Positions 42,071 through 52,500 are shown, numbered from the whole stretch's first letter. The stretch is DNA of 62,103 bases, filler included, from Dehalococcoidia bacterium (GCA_040882355.1; 3 parts of 3 records of this genome joined end to end with filler, not necessarily neighbours in it); one strand, 5' to 3'. Notes: generated by a model not told the origin, from the letters alone. Translations and numbers: made by a program.

Positions 42071-42481
42071 TCAGGACGTGAAGGGTTCCACGATGGGGAC
42101 GCCGGCGTGCTCGAAGTCGGCGCGGTTGTGAGTGACGACGGCGAGACCGTGCACGAGCGCGGTTGCCGCGATGAGACTGTCCTTAACGGGCATAGCAAGG
42201 CTGGCCGCGCGCAGGCGTGCTAGGAGCTCGGCCCACCGCAATCCGGTCGCCTTCTCCCAGGGAAGACACTGCAAGCGTTGGACGCCGGCGTCGAACCACT
42301 GCTCGAGCTCGTTGCGCTTCTTCCCCTTGCGCAGCAGAAGGATGCCGAACCGGAGTTCCCCGAGGATGACCGGGTCGACGGCAATCTCATGCTCGTTGCG
42401 GCGCAGCCAATCGACCACCCCGGGCTGCGGTTTCTGCCTCGTCGGCTCGCTTAAGACGTTCGCATCGACGAGGTATCTCAC
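42071..42481 (-). CDS. vapC: PIN-domain (VapC-family) toxin
   Basis: YLVDANVLSE, LGEL, DSLIAATA, VTHNRADF. Confidence 0.92.
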   Translation of the reverse strand: MRYLVDANVLSEPTRQKPQPGVVDWLRRNEHEIAVDPVILGELRFGILLLRKGKKRNELEQWFDAGVQRLQCLPWEKATGLRWAELLARLRAASLAMPVKDSLIAATALVHGLAVVTHNRADFEHAGVPIVEPFTS

Positions 42482-42708
42482 AGCTCGTCAGTGGACTCGG
42501 ACTCGACGGGAACGAAGAAGTCCTTTTGGGGACAGGCGGCGAGCCATTCCACAAGGCCCTCATTGGCGCGGCGGGTGCGCCGCTTGAGCAGATACTCACC
42601 CTGATCGAGGCGTTCGACTTCGAACTCCTGGCCTGCTTCGATGCGGTCCTGCTGCCGGATTTCTGCAGGAAGCACAATCTGGCCCTTGGATGAGATCTTG
42701 GTCTTCAC
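42478..42708 (-). CDS. AbrB/MazE-like antitoxin
   Basis: KISSKGQIVLPAEIR; GTGA overlap with vapC. Confidence 0.9.
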   Translation of the reverse strand: MKTKISSKGQIVLPAEIRQQDRIEAGQEFEVERLDQGEYLLKRRTRRANEGLVEWLAACPQKDFFVPVESESTDEL

Positions 42709-42743
42709 CGAAGTAAGATAGCGTCTTACGGGCTGGAAGTCAA
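42709..42743 (-). promoter_or_regulatory. Leaderless TA promoter with palindromic operator
   Basis: TTGACT-17-TATCTT-6-GTG; GTAAGA-5-TCTTAC at 42713-42729. Confidence 0.75.
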
Positions 42744-42870
42744 GGTAGCGGCACTACCACCACGGTTGCGCGAGGCATGGCGGCGCTCCGCGCGTGCTCT
42801 ATCTTACTCGAAACGGAGCGAACGTCTATCATGGAGGGGCTGTGGCGCAGGCTGAATCGGAAGGTAACCC

Positions 42871-45348
42871 ATGGTAGCAGAGCTTGCTTCGACCAACCTC
42901 GTCCCGCCGGACGACCTCTACCGGCGCTGCGACCCCGATCAGCTCGGATTCGAGACGACGGCGGACGTGCCGCCGCTCGACGGGACGGTGGGGCAGGACC
43001 GCGCGGTGAACGCGCTCGAGTTCGGCCTCGACATCAAGGCGGACGGCTACAACCTGTTCGTCGCGGGACCCGCGGGCACCGGGCGAAACTCGACGCTGCG
43101 GGCCACGGTCCGGCGCATCGCGCAGGGGCGGGCGGTGCCGCCGGACTGGTGCTACGTCCACAACTTCCACGATGGCCGCCAGCCCTCCGTAGTGAGCCTG
43201 CCCGCCGGCCGCGGGCGCGAGCTGGCGCGCGATATGGACGCCTTCGTTGCGGCGTGCCGGCGCGAGATACCGCGCCACTTCGAGAGCGAGGTCTACACCG
43301 AGCGCCGCGAAGAGGTGGCGAAGGAGCTGCAGGCGGCGCGCGAGCAGATCTTCTCGCCGGTCGAAGAGGAGGCGCGCAAACGCGGCTTCACGATCAACGT
43401 CACGCCGATGGGCATCGCCACCGTTCCGCTGAAGCCGGACGGCCAGCCGATGACCCGCGAGGAGTTCGCCCAACTGTCGGAGGAGACGCGGCGAGAGATG
43501 CAGGCAAAGGGCGACGAGCTACAATCCCTCATCACCCAGGCGATGACGCAGGTGCGCCGGCTGGAGAAGGAGGCGAACACCCGGCTGGAGCAGATCGATA
43601 AGGCGGTGACGCTCTACGCCATCACGCCGCTGCTGAACGAGCTGCGGCAGGAGTACCTCGACATCCCGAAGGCGGTGGAGTACCTGGAGCACGTTCAGGA
43701 CGACATCGTTGAGCACCTGGACCTCTTCCGCGCCGTTGAGCCGGAGCAGGGGCCGATGGCCTTTCTGCGGCCGCCCGTCGAGGACGCGCTCATCCGGTAC
43801 AAAGTGAACGTCGTCGTCGCGCAGGACGATCACGGGGCGGCGCCGGTGATCGTCGAAGACAACCCGACGTACTACAACCTCTTCGGGCGCGTCGACTACC
43901 GCTCGCAGCTCGGCGCCGTCACCACGGATCACACGATGATCAAAGCGGGCGCGATTCACCGCGCGAACGGCGGCTACCTCCTGGTCCAGGCGCTGGACAT
44001 GTTCACCAGCCCCCTCGTCTGGGAGACGCTGAAGCGAGCGCTCCGCTGTCAGGAGGTCCGCATCGAGAACCTGGGCGAGCAGTTCAGCGCCATCCCTGTC
44101 GCCACGCTCAACGCCCAACCGATCCCGCTCGACGTGAAGGTCGTGATCGTGGGCAGCCCCCAGGTCTATCACATCCTCTATCAGGCGGACGAGGACTTCC
44201 GGAAGCTCTTCCGCGTGAAGTCGGACTTCACCATCGATATGGACCGCAGTCCGGACTGCGTCGGTCTCTACGCCGGCTTCATCGCCAGCCGTGTCAAGGA
44301 AGGGGAGCTGCGCCCCTTCCACAAGTCGGCCGTCGCTCGTGTCGTCGAGTACGGCTCGCGGCTCGTCGAGCATCAGGCGAAGCTCTCGACGCGCTTCATC
44401 GAGATCGGCGACCTGCTCACCGAAGCCAACTTCTGGGCGGCGAAGGACAGCGGCGACGTGGTCCAGGCAGAGCACGTCGAGCGAGCGATAGACCAGAAGG
44501 TCTATCGCTCGAACCTGATCGAGGAGCGCGTGCAGGACGTGATCGAGGAGGGGACGATCCTGATCGATACGGACGGCGCCGTCGTCGGACAGGTGAACGG
44601 CATCTCGGTCTACGACCTGGGCGACTACCGCTTCGGCCGGCCCAGCCGGATCACCGCCCGCACGGCGCTCGGTCGCGGCCAGGTGGTGAACATCGAGCGC
44701 GAGATCCACCTCTCGGGTCGCATTCACAGCAAGGGCTTTATGATCGTGAGCGGCTACCTCACTGGCAAGTACGGCCAGGAGCGCCCGCTCGCGCTCAGCG
44801 CGTCGATCGGCTTCGAGCAGACCTACGACGAGATCGACGGTGACAGCGCGTCGGCCGCCGAGCTCTACGCGCTGCTCTCGGCGCTTTCGGACGTGCCGGT
44901 CAAGCAGGGCATCGCCGTCACCGGGTCGGTGAACCAGCGAGGCGAGATCCAGGCGATCGGCGGCGCGAACGAGAAGATCGAGGGCTTCTACGCGGTCTGC
45001 AAGGCGAAGGGCCTGACCGGCGAGCAGGGCGTCGTCATCCCGCGTGAGAACGTCAAGCACCTCATGCTCCGCCGGGAGGTCGTCGATGCGGTGCGCGCGG
45101 GGCGCTTCCACGTCTGGGCCGCCTCGACCGTCGACGAGGGGATCGAGCTGCTCACGGGCGTCCCCGCCGGTCAGCCGGACCCGCGCGGACGCTATCCCGC
45201 CGACACGATCAACCGCAAGGTCGTCGATTCCCTCGCGCGCATGTCGCGGCGGGCCGCGGCCGCGCGGCGGCGGCCGCGCCGGCGCGGCGAACGCGACGAT
45301 CAGCGAGACGGCGAGAACTCGCGGGACGAGGAGCGCCGCGAGACGTGA
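42871..45348 (+). CDS. Lon-like protease (LonC-type, AAA-like + Lon_C domains)
   Basis: GQDRA, HRANGGYL, DGDSAS (catalytic Ser), GGANEK (catalytic Lys). Confidence 0.92.
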   Translation: MVAELASTNLVPPDDLYRRCDPDQLGFETTADVPPLDGTVGQDRAVNALEFGLDIKADGYNLFVAGPAGTGRNSTLRATVRRIAQGRAVPPDWCYVHNFHDGRQPSVVSLPAGRGRELARDMDAFVAACRREIPRHFESEVYTERREEVAKELQAAREQIFSPVEEEARKRGFTINVTPMGIATVPLKPDGQPMTREEFAQLSEETRREMQAKGDELQSLITQAMTQVRRLEKEANTRLEQIDKAVTLYAITPLLNELRQEYLDIPKAVEYLEHVQDDIVEHLDLFRAVEPEQGPMAFLRPPVEDALIRYKVNVVVAQDDHGAAPVIVEDNPTYYNLFGRVDYRSQLGAVTTDHTMIKAGAIHRANGGYLLVQALDMFTSPLVWETLKRALRCQEVRIENLGEQFSAIPVATLNAQPIPLDVKVVIVGSPQVYHILYQADEDFRKLFRVKSDFTIDMDRSPDCVGLYAGFIASRVKEGELRPFHKSAVARVVEYGSRLVEHQAKLSTRFIEIGDLLTEANFWAAKDSGDVVQAEHVERAIDQKVYRSNLIEERVQDVIEEGTILIDTDGAVVGQVNGISVYDLGDYRFGRPSRITARTALGRGQVVNIEREIHLSGRIHSKGFMIVSGYLTGKYGQERPLALSASIGFEQTYDEIDGDSASAAELYALLSALSDVPVKQGIAVTGSVNQRGEIQAIGGANEKIEGFYAVCKAKGLTGEQGVVIPRENVKHLMLRREVVDAVRAGRFHVWAASTVDEGIELLTGVPAGQPDPRGRYPADTINRKVVDSLARMSRRAAAARRRPRRRGERDDQRDGENSRDEERRET

Positions 45349-45791
45349 AGGGCCGCTACGAGCTCTCCTCGGGCGGCGTCATCTACCGCCAGGGCGACGC
45401 CGGTCCCGACATCTGCCTGATCAACACGCAGGGCGGCAAGACGTGGCAGCTCCCCAAGGGCATCATCGAGGATGGTGAGCCGCCTGAGGACGCGGCGCTG
45501 CGCGAGGTCCTGGAGGAGACGGGCCTGCAGGGTGAGATCGTCAAGCTCCTCGACAAGATCGAGTACTGGTACGTTGACACCTACACCGGGCCGGGGCGCA
45601 TCCGCGTCCACAAGAACGTCTACTTCTTCCTCATGCGCTACCTCAGCGGCACCACGGACGACCACGACGACGAGTCCGAAGAAGCGCGCTGGTTCACGCT
45701 CGCCGACGCGCAGAAGCGCGTCTCCTTCGGCAACGAGCGGAACGTGCTCGATCTGGCCGCGACGGCGATCGACGAGGCTGTCAACGGATAG
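45345..45791 (+). CDS. NUDIX hydrolase
   Basis: LPKGIIEDGE..AALREVLEETG. Confidence 0.93.
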   Translation: MKGRYELSSGGVIYRQGDAGPDICLINTQGGKTWQLPKGIIEDGEPPEDAALREVLEETGLQGEIVKLLDKIEYWYVDTYTGPGRIRVHKNVYFFLMRYLSGTTDDHDDESEEARWFTLADAQKRVSFGNERNVLDLAATAIDEAVNG

Positions 45792-45817
45792 GAAGCGGAT
45801 CAAGAGATGGTCATGGC

Positions 45818-45843
45818 GTAGGGACAGACCTTCAGGTCTGTCC
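45818..45843 (+). repeat. GTAG-type REP
   Basis: GTAG-GGACAGACC-TTCA-GGTCTGTCC. Confidence 0.75.
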
Positions 45844-45917
45844 GGCCCCTGAGGGCAGCGCTGGTCGTCTGGGGCGGCGCGTACCAGCAACTGGCGACGA
45901 GCGACCAACTACCGTGC

Positions 45918-47174
45918 CTACAGCCGTCTGACCCGCGCGGAGCCGAGGCCGAGGTACGCCGCCAACGCGAAGCCGGTCAGCGCGAAGGCGACGACCGCCT
46001 CCTGGACGCCGAATCGCGCCGACGCCGCGCCCAGCGCCAGGCTGCCGAACGGGCTGAGGCCGTTTGCCATGGTGTAGAGCGAGATCACGCGGCCGCGGAA
46101 GTCCTCGGCGACGTTGAGTTGGAGCAGCGTCTGGTTCAGCGTCACCATCATTGACCAGCCGAGGCCGCCGATGACCAGGATGGCGAACGAGAGCCCGAAC
46201 CAGGACGAGAGGGCAAAGCAGGCGACCATCGCCATGTAGAGGAGCGCGGCGCCGCCCATGATCCGCCCCTTCCAGCGCGATCCGGACATGCTCGCCACCA
46301 TCAACCCGCCCGGGATCGATCCGAAGCCGACCGCGGAGAGCAATACGCCGTAGCCGACCGAGCCGACGCCCAGGATCTCCTTCGCGAAGATGGGCATCAT
46401 CGCGACGTAGGGGTAGATGAGGACGTTGGGGACGACGTTGAGCAGCACGAGGCGCAGCACAGTGGGGTTCGCTCGAACGTACGCGACGCCGTCGCGCATC
46501 GCCTGCCACATCGGAACGCGCACCGGCTCCACCTGCGTCATCGGGCGGAGCATGAGCGTGGACACCGTCGCCAGCGCGAAGAACGCCGTCTGCGCGTAGT
46601 ACGACGCGCCCACGCCCACGGTGCCGATCAACACGCCGCCGACCGAAGGCGCGACGATGCGCGCCACGTTCGCCGTGACCGAGTTCAGCGCGATGGCGTT
46701 CGTCAGGTGCTGCGAGCCCACCGTGTCATAGACGAGCACCTGACGCGTCGGGAAGTTGACGGCGTTCGTCACGCCCGCGATCGTGACCGAGACGTAGAGG
46801 TGCCAGAGCGCGATCTGGTCGGTCACCACCAGCACAGCGATGACGAGGGCCATGAGCCCCGGCACGGCCTGCGAGATCGCGGCCAGGCGCCGCCGGTCGA
46901 GCCGGTCGGCGAGCACTCCCGCGACGGGCGAGACGACGAGCGAGCTGGAGCCTCGGATGAAGCCGAACAGGCCGAGCTGGAAGGGCGAGTCGGTGAGCTG
47001 CAGCACGAGCCAGCCGCGCGCAACCTCCTCCATCCAGCTCGCGACCTGGCTGAAGGCCGTGCCTGCGAGCAGGAAGCGAAAGCTCGGGACGGAGAGCGAT
47101 GAGAACGCCGCGCTGTTCGCGAGCCGCGCCGTGAGAGGCGGGCGCGCCGTACCGGCGGCCTCCAAGTCATCCAT
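45918..47174 (-). CDS. MFS transporter
   Basis: AGVLADRLDRR, many hydrophobic segments, FRGRV. Confidence 0.92.
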   Translation of the reverse strand: MDDLEAAGTARPPLTARLANSAAFSSLSVPSFRFLLAGTAFSQVASWMEEVARGWLVLQLTDSPFQLGLFGFIRGSSSLVVSPVAGVLADRLDRRRLAAISQAVPGLMALVIAVLVVTDQIALWHLYVSVTIAGVTNAVNFPTRQVLVYDTVGSQHLTNAIALNSVTANVARIVAPSVGGVLIGTVGVGASYYAQTAFFALATVSTLMLRPMTQVEPVRVPMWQAMRDGVAYVRANPTVLRLVLLNVVPNVLIYPYVAMMPIFAKEILGVGSVGYGVLLSAVGFGSIPGGLMVASMSGSRWKGRIMGGAALLYMAMVACFALSSWFGLSFAILVIGGLGWSMMVTLNQTLLQLNVAEDFRGRVISLYTMANGLSPFGSLALGAASARFGVQEAVVAFALTGFALAAYLGLGSARVRRL

Positions 47175-47315
47175 GAGCTGTGCGTTGCGCTGGGAGGAGA
47201 GTCCGCACTTCGCGGACGCGGGCTGTCGCGGCCATTGTAGCGACGCCGGACGCTACGCACATATGAGGGAACTCAGGCGCCCGGCATTCGCGGGGAGGAC
47301 GAGGCGCCAGCGATG

Positions 47316-47696
47316 TCAACTGTCGCCCGGAACGGTCGCCTCGTCGTCTCCGGGCTCGCCTTCGACCGCGCGTTTCAGGTTCGCAAGGCCCTGGACGAGC
47401 ACCAGCTCGTAGTTCGTGTCGGCGCGGCCCAGCGTCAGGATGCGGAACAGGGCGTAACGCAGCCCCTCGGGCGACATGGTCGCGACGACCTCGGTGTGGT
47501 CGGCGCGCGGGACGAGCCTGTAGGTGAGGAGGGCGCGGATGCCGCCCTGCAGCTCGACCCAGAGCGCCAGCTCCTGGCCCGCGATCGCGCGCTCGATACG
47601 ATACGCCGACTCGTCGCCCGATGCCAGGTCGGCGGTGAGGGCGTCCCAGATCGCCGCCGGCGACGCCTTGATCGCGAACGCCTTTTCGAGGGCCAC
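47316..47696 (-). CDS. Hypothetical protein (SRPBCC/START-like)
   Basis: IKASPAAIWDALT..GLANLKRAVE. Confidence 0.7.
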   Translation of the reverse strand: MALEKAFAIKASPAAIWDALTADLASGDESAYRIERAIAGQELALWVELQGGIRALLTYRLVPRADHTEVVATMSPEGLRYALFRILTLGRADTNYELVLVQGLANLKRAVEGEPGDDEATVPGDS

Positions 47697-47898
47697 GGGG
47701 GTAGTATAGACGGAGGGGCCATCGGTCTGCGTTTATATCAGCATTATGCGGTTTATCTGCTCCGCATAGACCGGATAAACCTGCTATAAATCCAATCGAT
47801 GGACCCGGTCAGGAAGCGCTTCGCGCCCGGTGCCGGCACGCGGCCTTGCGGGCTGTCGTGAACGCGTGGTGCAGGGACGGATAGCAAGGAGTGACTGC

Positions 47899-48402
47899 AT
47901 GGACTCGACAGTGACATCAGACCGCGTCGCCATCCGCGGCGCGATCGAGGCGATGGCGCCCGAATTCGCGACTCTTGTGGCGGAGATTGGCGACGAGGGA
48001 TGGAAGACGAACAGCGGGATTCCCGCGTATACCTGCGGGCAACTCGCATGGCACCTGGCGTCGGGCACTTCGTTCCTCGCTGGTGAGATAGCGAAGGCGA
48101 AGGACGGAAAGGCGCTCAATCCGCCTGCATTCCTGCGGCCGGTCCTCTACAAACTGGGCGAGTGGCGGGTTCGCGTCGTATCGCGGAAGGCGACCCCCGC
48201 GTCGGTGCTCGCCGATTTTGACGCCGGCGTGCGGAGGCTCCTGGCAGTGCTGGAATCGTTTGACGATGAAACGCTGCGATTGTCCGCGACGCGGATGGGC
48301 GAGACGATGACGATCGCCGCCCTGTTTCACAAGCCTGTGGAGCACCTGGCGGAGCATGCCGCCCACATCCGCGCCGGCCTGCCTGACGTGGCGTCTTCCT
48401 AG
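47899..48402 (+). CDS. DinB/MDMPI-superfamily protein
   Basis: YTCGQLAWHL and EHLAEHAAHI His motifs; SD AAGGAG. Confidence 0.8.
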   Translation: MDSTVTSDRVAIRGAIEAMAPEFATLVAEIGDEGWKTNSGIPAYTCGQLAWHLASGTSFLAGEIAKAKDGKALNPPAFLRPVLYKLGEWRVRVVSRKATPASVLADFDAGVRRLLAVLESFDDETLRLSATRMGETMTIAALFHKPVEHLAEHAAHIRAGLPDVASS

Positions 48403-48542
48403 GACAACGCGCCTGCTGGCCTCCTGACCGGCATCCTGCGCCGCCGCCGCGCTCTGCGAGGAGCTGGACGCCGCTCCGTCTGCGAACCCCGGCGCGGGGC
48501 GCAGTGATCGAGGGGGCGCGACGCGGGGTGAAGTGAGCTGAA

Positions 48543-49097
48543 TCAGCGCTCGAACTGGACGACCCAGCTCCGGCGGCACTGGCGCGAAACGTTGCAGGCC
48601 TGCTGAAGCGCCCTCGACAGCCGGCCGCCCCGGAAGTAGACGTATTCAACGCGCTTCCCGTAGCGTTGCACTTCCCTCACCAGCGGCGCGAAGTCGCCGT
48701 CCGACGATACGAGGACGGCGCTGTCGTACCGGTCTTCGAACGCGCCCGTGAGCATGTCGATCGCCAGCGTGACGTCGACACCCTTCTCCTCGAAGACAAC
48801 GCCGCCTGGTACCCGCCGCTCCTGCAGATGTCCAAGCCGGAAGCGCACAAGCTCAAGGCCTCGGATGAGCGAGTAGTACCGTTCCTGGCCGGCGACCTGC
48901 TCGGGACGGAGAGTCCTGGGAGGCGGAACGTTGTAGTAGTAGGCTTGCACCAAGCCCCGGCTTCCTACCAGCCGTTCCGAGAACGCCCTGATGTCGACCC
49001 GCGTGGGCCAGCCGCACTCCTGGAGACGATGATGCAGATTGCTGCCGTCGATGAAGACGGCCACGCGCGACTTCCGCTCAACGGCGCTCCCTGCCAT
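48543..49097 (-). CDS. NYN (LabA/DUF88) domain ribonuclease
   Basis: VFIDGSN, YYY, EKGVDV, LVSSDGDF. Confidence 0.93.
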   Translation of the reverse strand: MAGSAVERKSRVAVFIDGSNLHHRLQECGWPTRVDIRAFSERLVGSRGLVQAYYYNVPPPRTLRPEQVAGQERYYSLIRGLELVRFRLGHLQERRVPGGVVFEEKGVDVTLAIDMLTGAFEDRYDSAVLVSSDGDFAPLVREVQRYGKRVEYVYFRGGRLSRALQQACNVSRQCRRSWVVQFER

Positions 49098-49115
49098 CGT
49101 GGTCCTTCCTGATCG

Positions 49116-49184
49116 ATATAGAACAAGCCCCGACCGAATCGGGGCTCGTTACTCATGGCAGGTCGCCCCACCATGAGGGGGTCT
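49116..49184 (-). ncRNA. Candidate small structured RNA (possible pseudoknot + terminator) upstream of NYN gene
   Basis: TTGACA-16-TATTCT promoter (49217-49190); CCCC/GGGG and CUCAUGGU/GCCAUGAG pairings; GAGCCCCGA-UUCGG-UCGGGGCUU-GUUCUAU. Confidence 0.6.
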
Positions 49185-49229
49185 ACACCAGAATACACGA
49201 TCCGCGGGATTTGTCAAGGAGCGTACTCA

Positions 49230-49450
49230 ATAACCTTGGCCGCCCTCGCCGCCGCCACCCCGACCGCCCGCTCATTCGAGCGGACCGCCTCGCTGCTCAC
49301 CATCTGCATCCGGCACGATCGGTTCGTTGAGGGAGAGCTGGCTGGCCACTACCGCTCGGGCCTGCTCACCCGCATCCTGCGCCGCGCCGCGGCCCCGCCG
49401 CGCCGCCGGCGCGCCGCCGCCGCGCTCTGCGAGGAGCTCGACGCAGGGCG
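49230..49450 (+). pseudogene. Remnant of a DUF6508-like gene
   Basis: LLTICIRHDRFVEGELAGHYRSGLLTRILRR; no credible start; diverged 3' copy at 48418-48471. Confidence 0.55.
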
Positions 49451-49574
49451 GTCGCGCTCTCTTGACTAATCACTCCGAATATATGTACGGTGGGCATCGG
49501 ATCACCCTTGGCAGCGTTGCGGAACTGGGGAGTAAGCGTGGAGGGAGCCTATCCGTTTAGACTTGAGGTGAGCT

Positions 49575-52500
49575 GTGTCTGAGCCGTTCTTCGACCAGCC
49601 TATCCTCAACTCGCCGTACGAGTACCCCGGCCGGCACTGGGAGCTCGACGAGTCGGGCCAGCCCACCCAGCGGACCCTCGATCATCGCCGGCGGGCCGAG
49701 TTCATCACGCCCATTCCCAAGCCAAAGAAGCGGCGGGACCGCGGGGCCCAGCAGCAGATGGTGCTCGACGAGGGGAGAGGCCTCTCGACCGTAGAGCAGC
49801 AGTACGACCCGACCTCCCTCATCAACGAGATCCGGCGCCAGGTCGACCAGTGGCGCGCGCTCCCGAACCCGAACCAGTGGGGAGTGACACCTGAGACCGC
49901 TCGCCTCCTTCTGTACTGGCGCGAGCACGAGTTCAGCATGTATCGTCCATTCTTCTGCCAGGTCGAGGCTGTGGAGACCCTGATCTGGCTGACGGAAGTC
50001 GCGCCGCAGACGCGCGCGGCGAAGAGCCTGATTGAGACCGTCGAAAACGCGAGCAAGCAGTCCAACCCCGATTTCACACGCATCGCGCTGAAGCTGGCGA
50101 CGGGCGCGGGCAAGACCACCGTAATGGCGATGATCATCGCATGGCAGGCGGTCAACGCCGCGCGCCGCTCTCAGAGCAGCAGGTTCACCCGGGGGTTCCT
50201 CGTCGTCACGCCGGGCCTCACGATCAAGGACCGGCTGCGCGTGCTGTTGCCTCAGGACCCGGACAGCTACTACCAGAGTCGAGAGCTGGTGCCGCCCGAC
50301 ATGCTAGAGGACGTCAAGCGCGCCAAGATAGTCATCACGAACTTCCACGCGTTCAAGCTCCGCGAGAAGATGGACGTCTCGAAGGGCGGGCGCGCGTTAC
50401 TGCAGGGTCGGCATCCGGCGGGAGAACTCCAGACCAAGGAAACGGAAGGTCTGATGATCCAGCGGGTCATGCCGGACCTCATGGGCCTGAAGAACGTCAT
50501 GGTGCTCAACGACGAAGCGCACCACTGCTACCGGGAGCGGCCACCAACCGAGGAGGAGCTGGAACTGAAGGGCGACGAGCGGAAGGAGGCGGAGAAGAAC
50601 AAGGAGGCGGCGCGTCTGTGGATGGGCGGCCTTGAGGCGGTCAAGCGCAAGCTCGGCCTTGCCAACGTGGTGGACCTCTCCGCGACGCCGTTCTTCCTCC
50701 GTGGCTCAGGCTACGTCGAAGGCACGCTGTTCCCGTGGACCGTGAGCGACTTCTCGCTCATGGACGCCATCGAGTGCGGCATCGTCAAGCTGCCGCGCGT
50801 GCCGGTCGCCGACAATATCCCGGGTGGCGACATGCCCATGTACCGCAACCTGTGGGAGCACATCCGCGCCAAGATGCCAAAGAAGGGGCGCGGCAAGGCG
50901 GGCGAGCTCGATCCGCTGAGCATCCCGACGCAACTCCGAACAGCACTCGACGCGCTCTACGGCCACTACGACGAGACGTTCAACGCGTGGCGGAACGCGG
51001 ACGTCAAAGTCCCGCCGTGCTTTATCATCGTCTGCAACAACATGTCGACATCGAAGCTCGTCTACGACTACGTGGCTGGTTTCACCCGCGGGAATCAAGA
51101 CGGCTCGACGTCGCTGGAGAACGGCCGCTTGCCCCTGTTTCGCAACTTTGATGAACATGGCAACCCCTTGCTCCGGCCCAACACGCTGCTCATCGATAGT
51201 ATAGCCGTCGACTCCGGGGAGGGGATCGACGATAATTTCCGCCGAGCCGCAGCCGACGAGATCGAGCGCTTTCGCCGCGAGATCATCGAACGCACCGGCG
51301 ATCCCCGGCAGGCGGAGAACGTCAGCGACGAAGATCTGCTACGAGAAGCGATGAACACGGTAGGCAAGGAGGGCCAGTTGGGCGGGACGATCCGCTGTGT
51401 CGTCTCCGTGTCGATGCTCACCGAGGGTTGGGACGCGACCAATGTCACGCACATCCTCGGCGTCCGCGCATTCGGCACGCAGCTCCTCTGCGAGCAGGTG
51501 ATCGGCCGCGCGCTGCGGCGCCAGTCCTACGAGCAGAACGAAGAAGGCCTGTTCGGTGTGGAGTACGCCGACATCCTGGGCATTCCATTCGACTTCACCG
51601 CCAAGCCGGTCGTTGCCAAGCCGCAGGCGCCGCGCGAGACGATCCAGGTCCGCGCCGTGCGCCCTGCGCGCGATGCGCTCGAGATCCGCTTCCCGCGCGT
51701 CGCGGGCTACCGCGTCGAGCTGCCCGAGGAACGGCTCACCGCCGAGTTCAACGAGGACTCCGTCCTCGAGCTGACGCCGGACCTGGTCGGCGCCACCGAA
51801 ACGCAGGTGTCGGGCATCATCGGCGAGTCGCTCGAGCTCACCTTGGAGCACACAGGCGACGTGCGCCCGTCGCAGATCGTCTTCGAGCTGACATCATATC
51901 TGCTGTTGAACAAGTGGCGCGACGCCAACGAAGAGGTCCGCTACAACCTGTTCGGCCAACTCAAACGCATCGCCAAGGAGTGGCTGGACGGCTACCTAGT
52001 CTGCAAAGGCGGCACCTACCCCGCGCAGCTCGGCTACAAGATGATCGCGGACATGGCCTGCGAGCGCATCACCGCCGGCATCACGCGGGCGTTCGTCGGC
52101 CAGCGGCCTATCGTTGCCGTGCTCGACCCGTACAACCCAAGCGGTTCGACGATGCACGTCAACTTCACCACCTCGAAGCGTAGTCGCTGGGAGACCGACT
52201 CGCGCCGCTGTCATATCAACTGGGTGATCCTCGACAGCGACTGGGAGGCCGAGTTCTGCCGCGTCGCCGAGAAGCACCCGCGCGTCCGCGCCTACGTCAA
52301 GAACCACAACCTGGGCTTCGAGGTGCCGTACCGCTACGGCTCCGAGATGCGGAAGTACCGGCCGGACTTCATCGTGCTCGTCGATGACGGTCACGGCGAG
52401 GACGACCTGCTCAACCTTGTCGTCGAGATCAAAGGCTACCGTCGCGAGGACGCGAAGGAGAAGAAGACGACCATGGACACCTACTGGGTGCCCGGTGTGA

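Noticed and set aside
47749..47785. Inverted repeat GGTTTATCTG...CGGATAAACC between divergent genes
   Set aside because: Could be an operator or hairpin, but single and without supporting context
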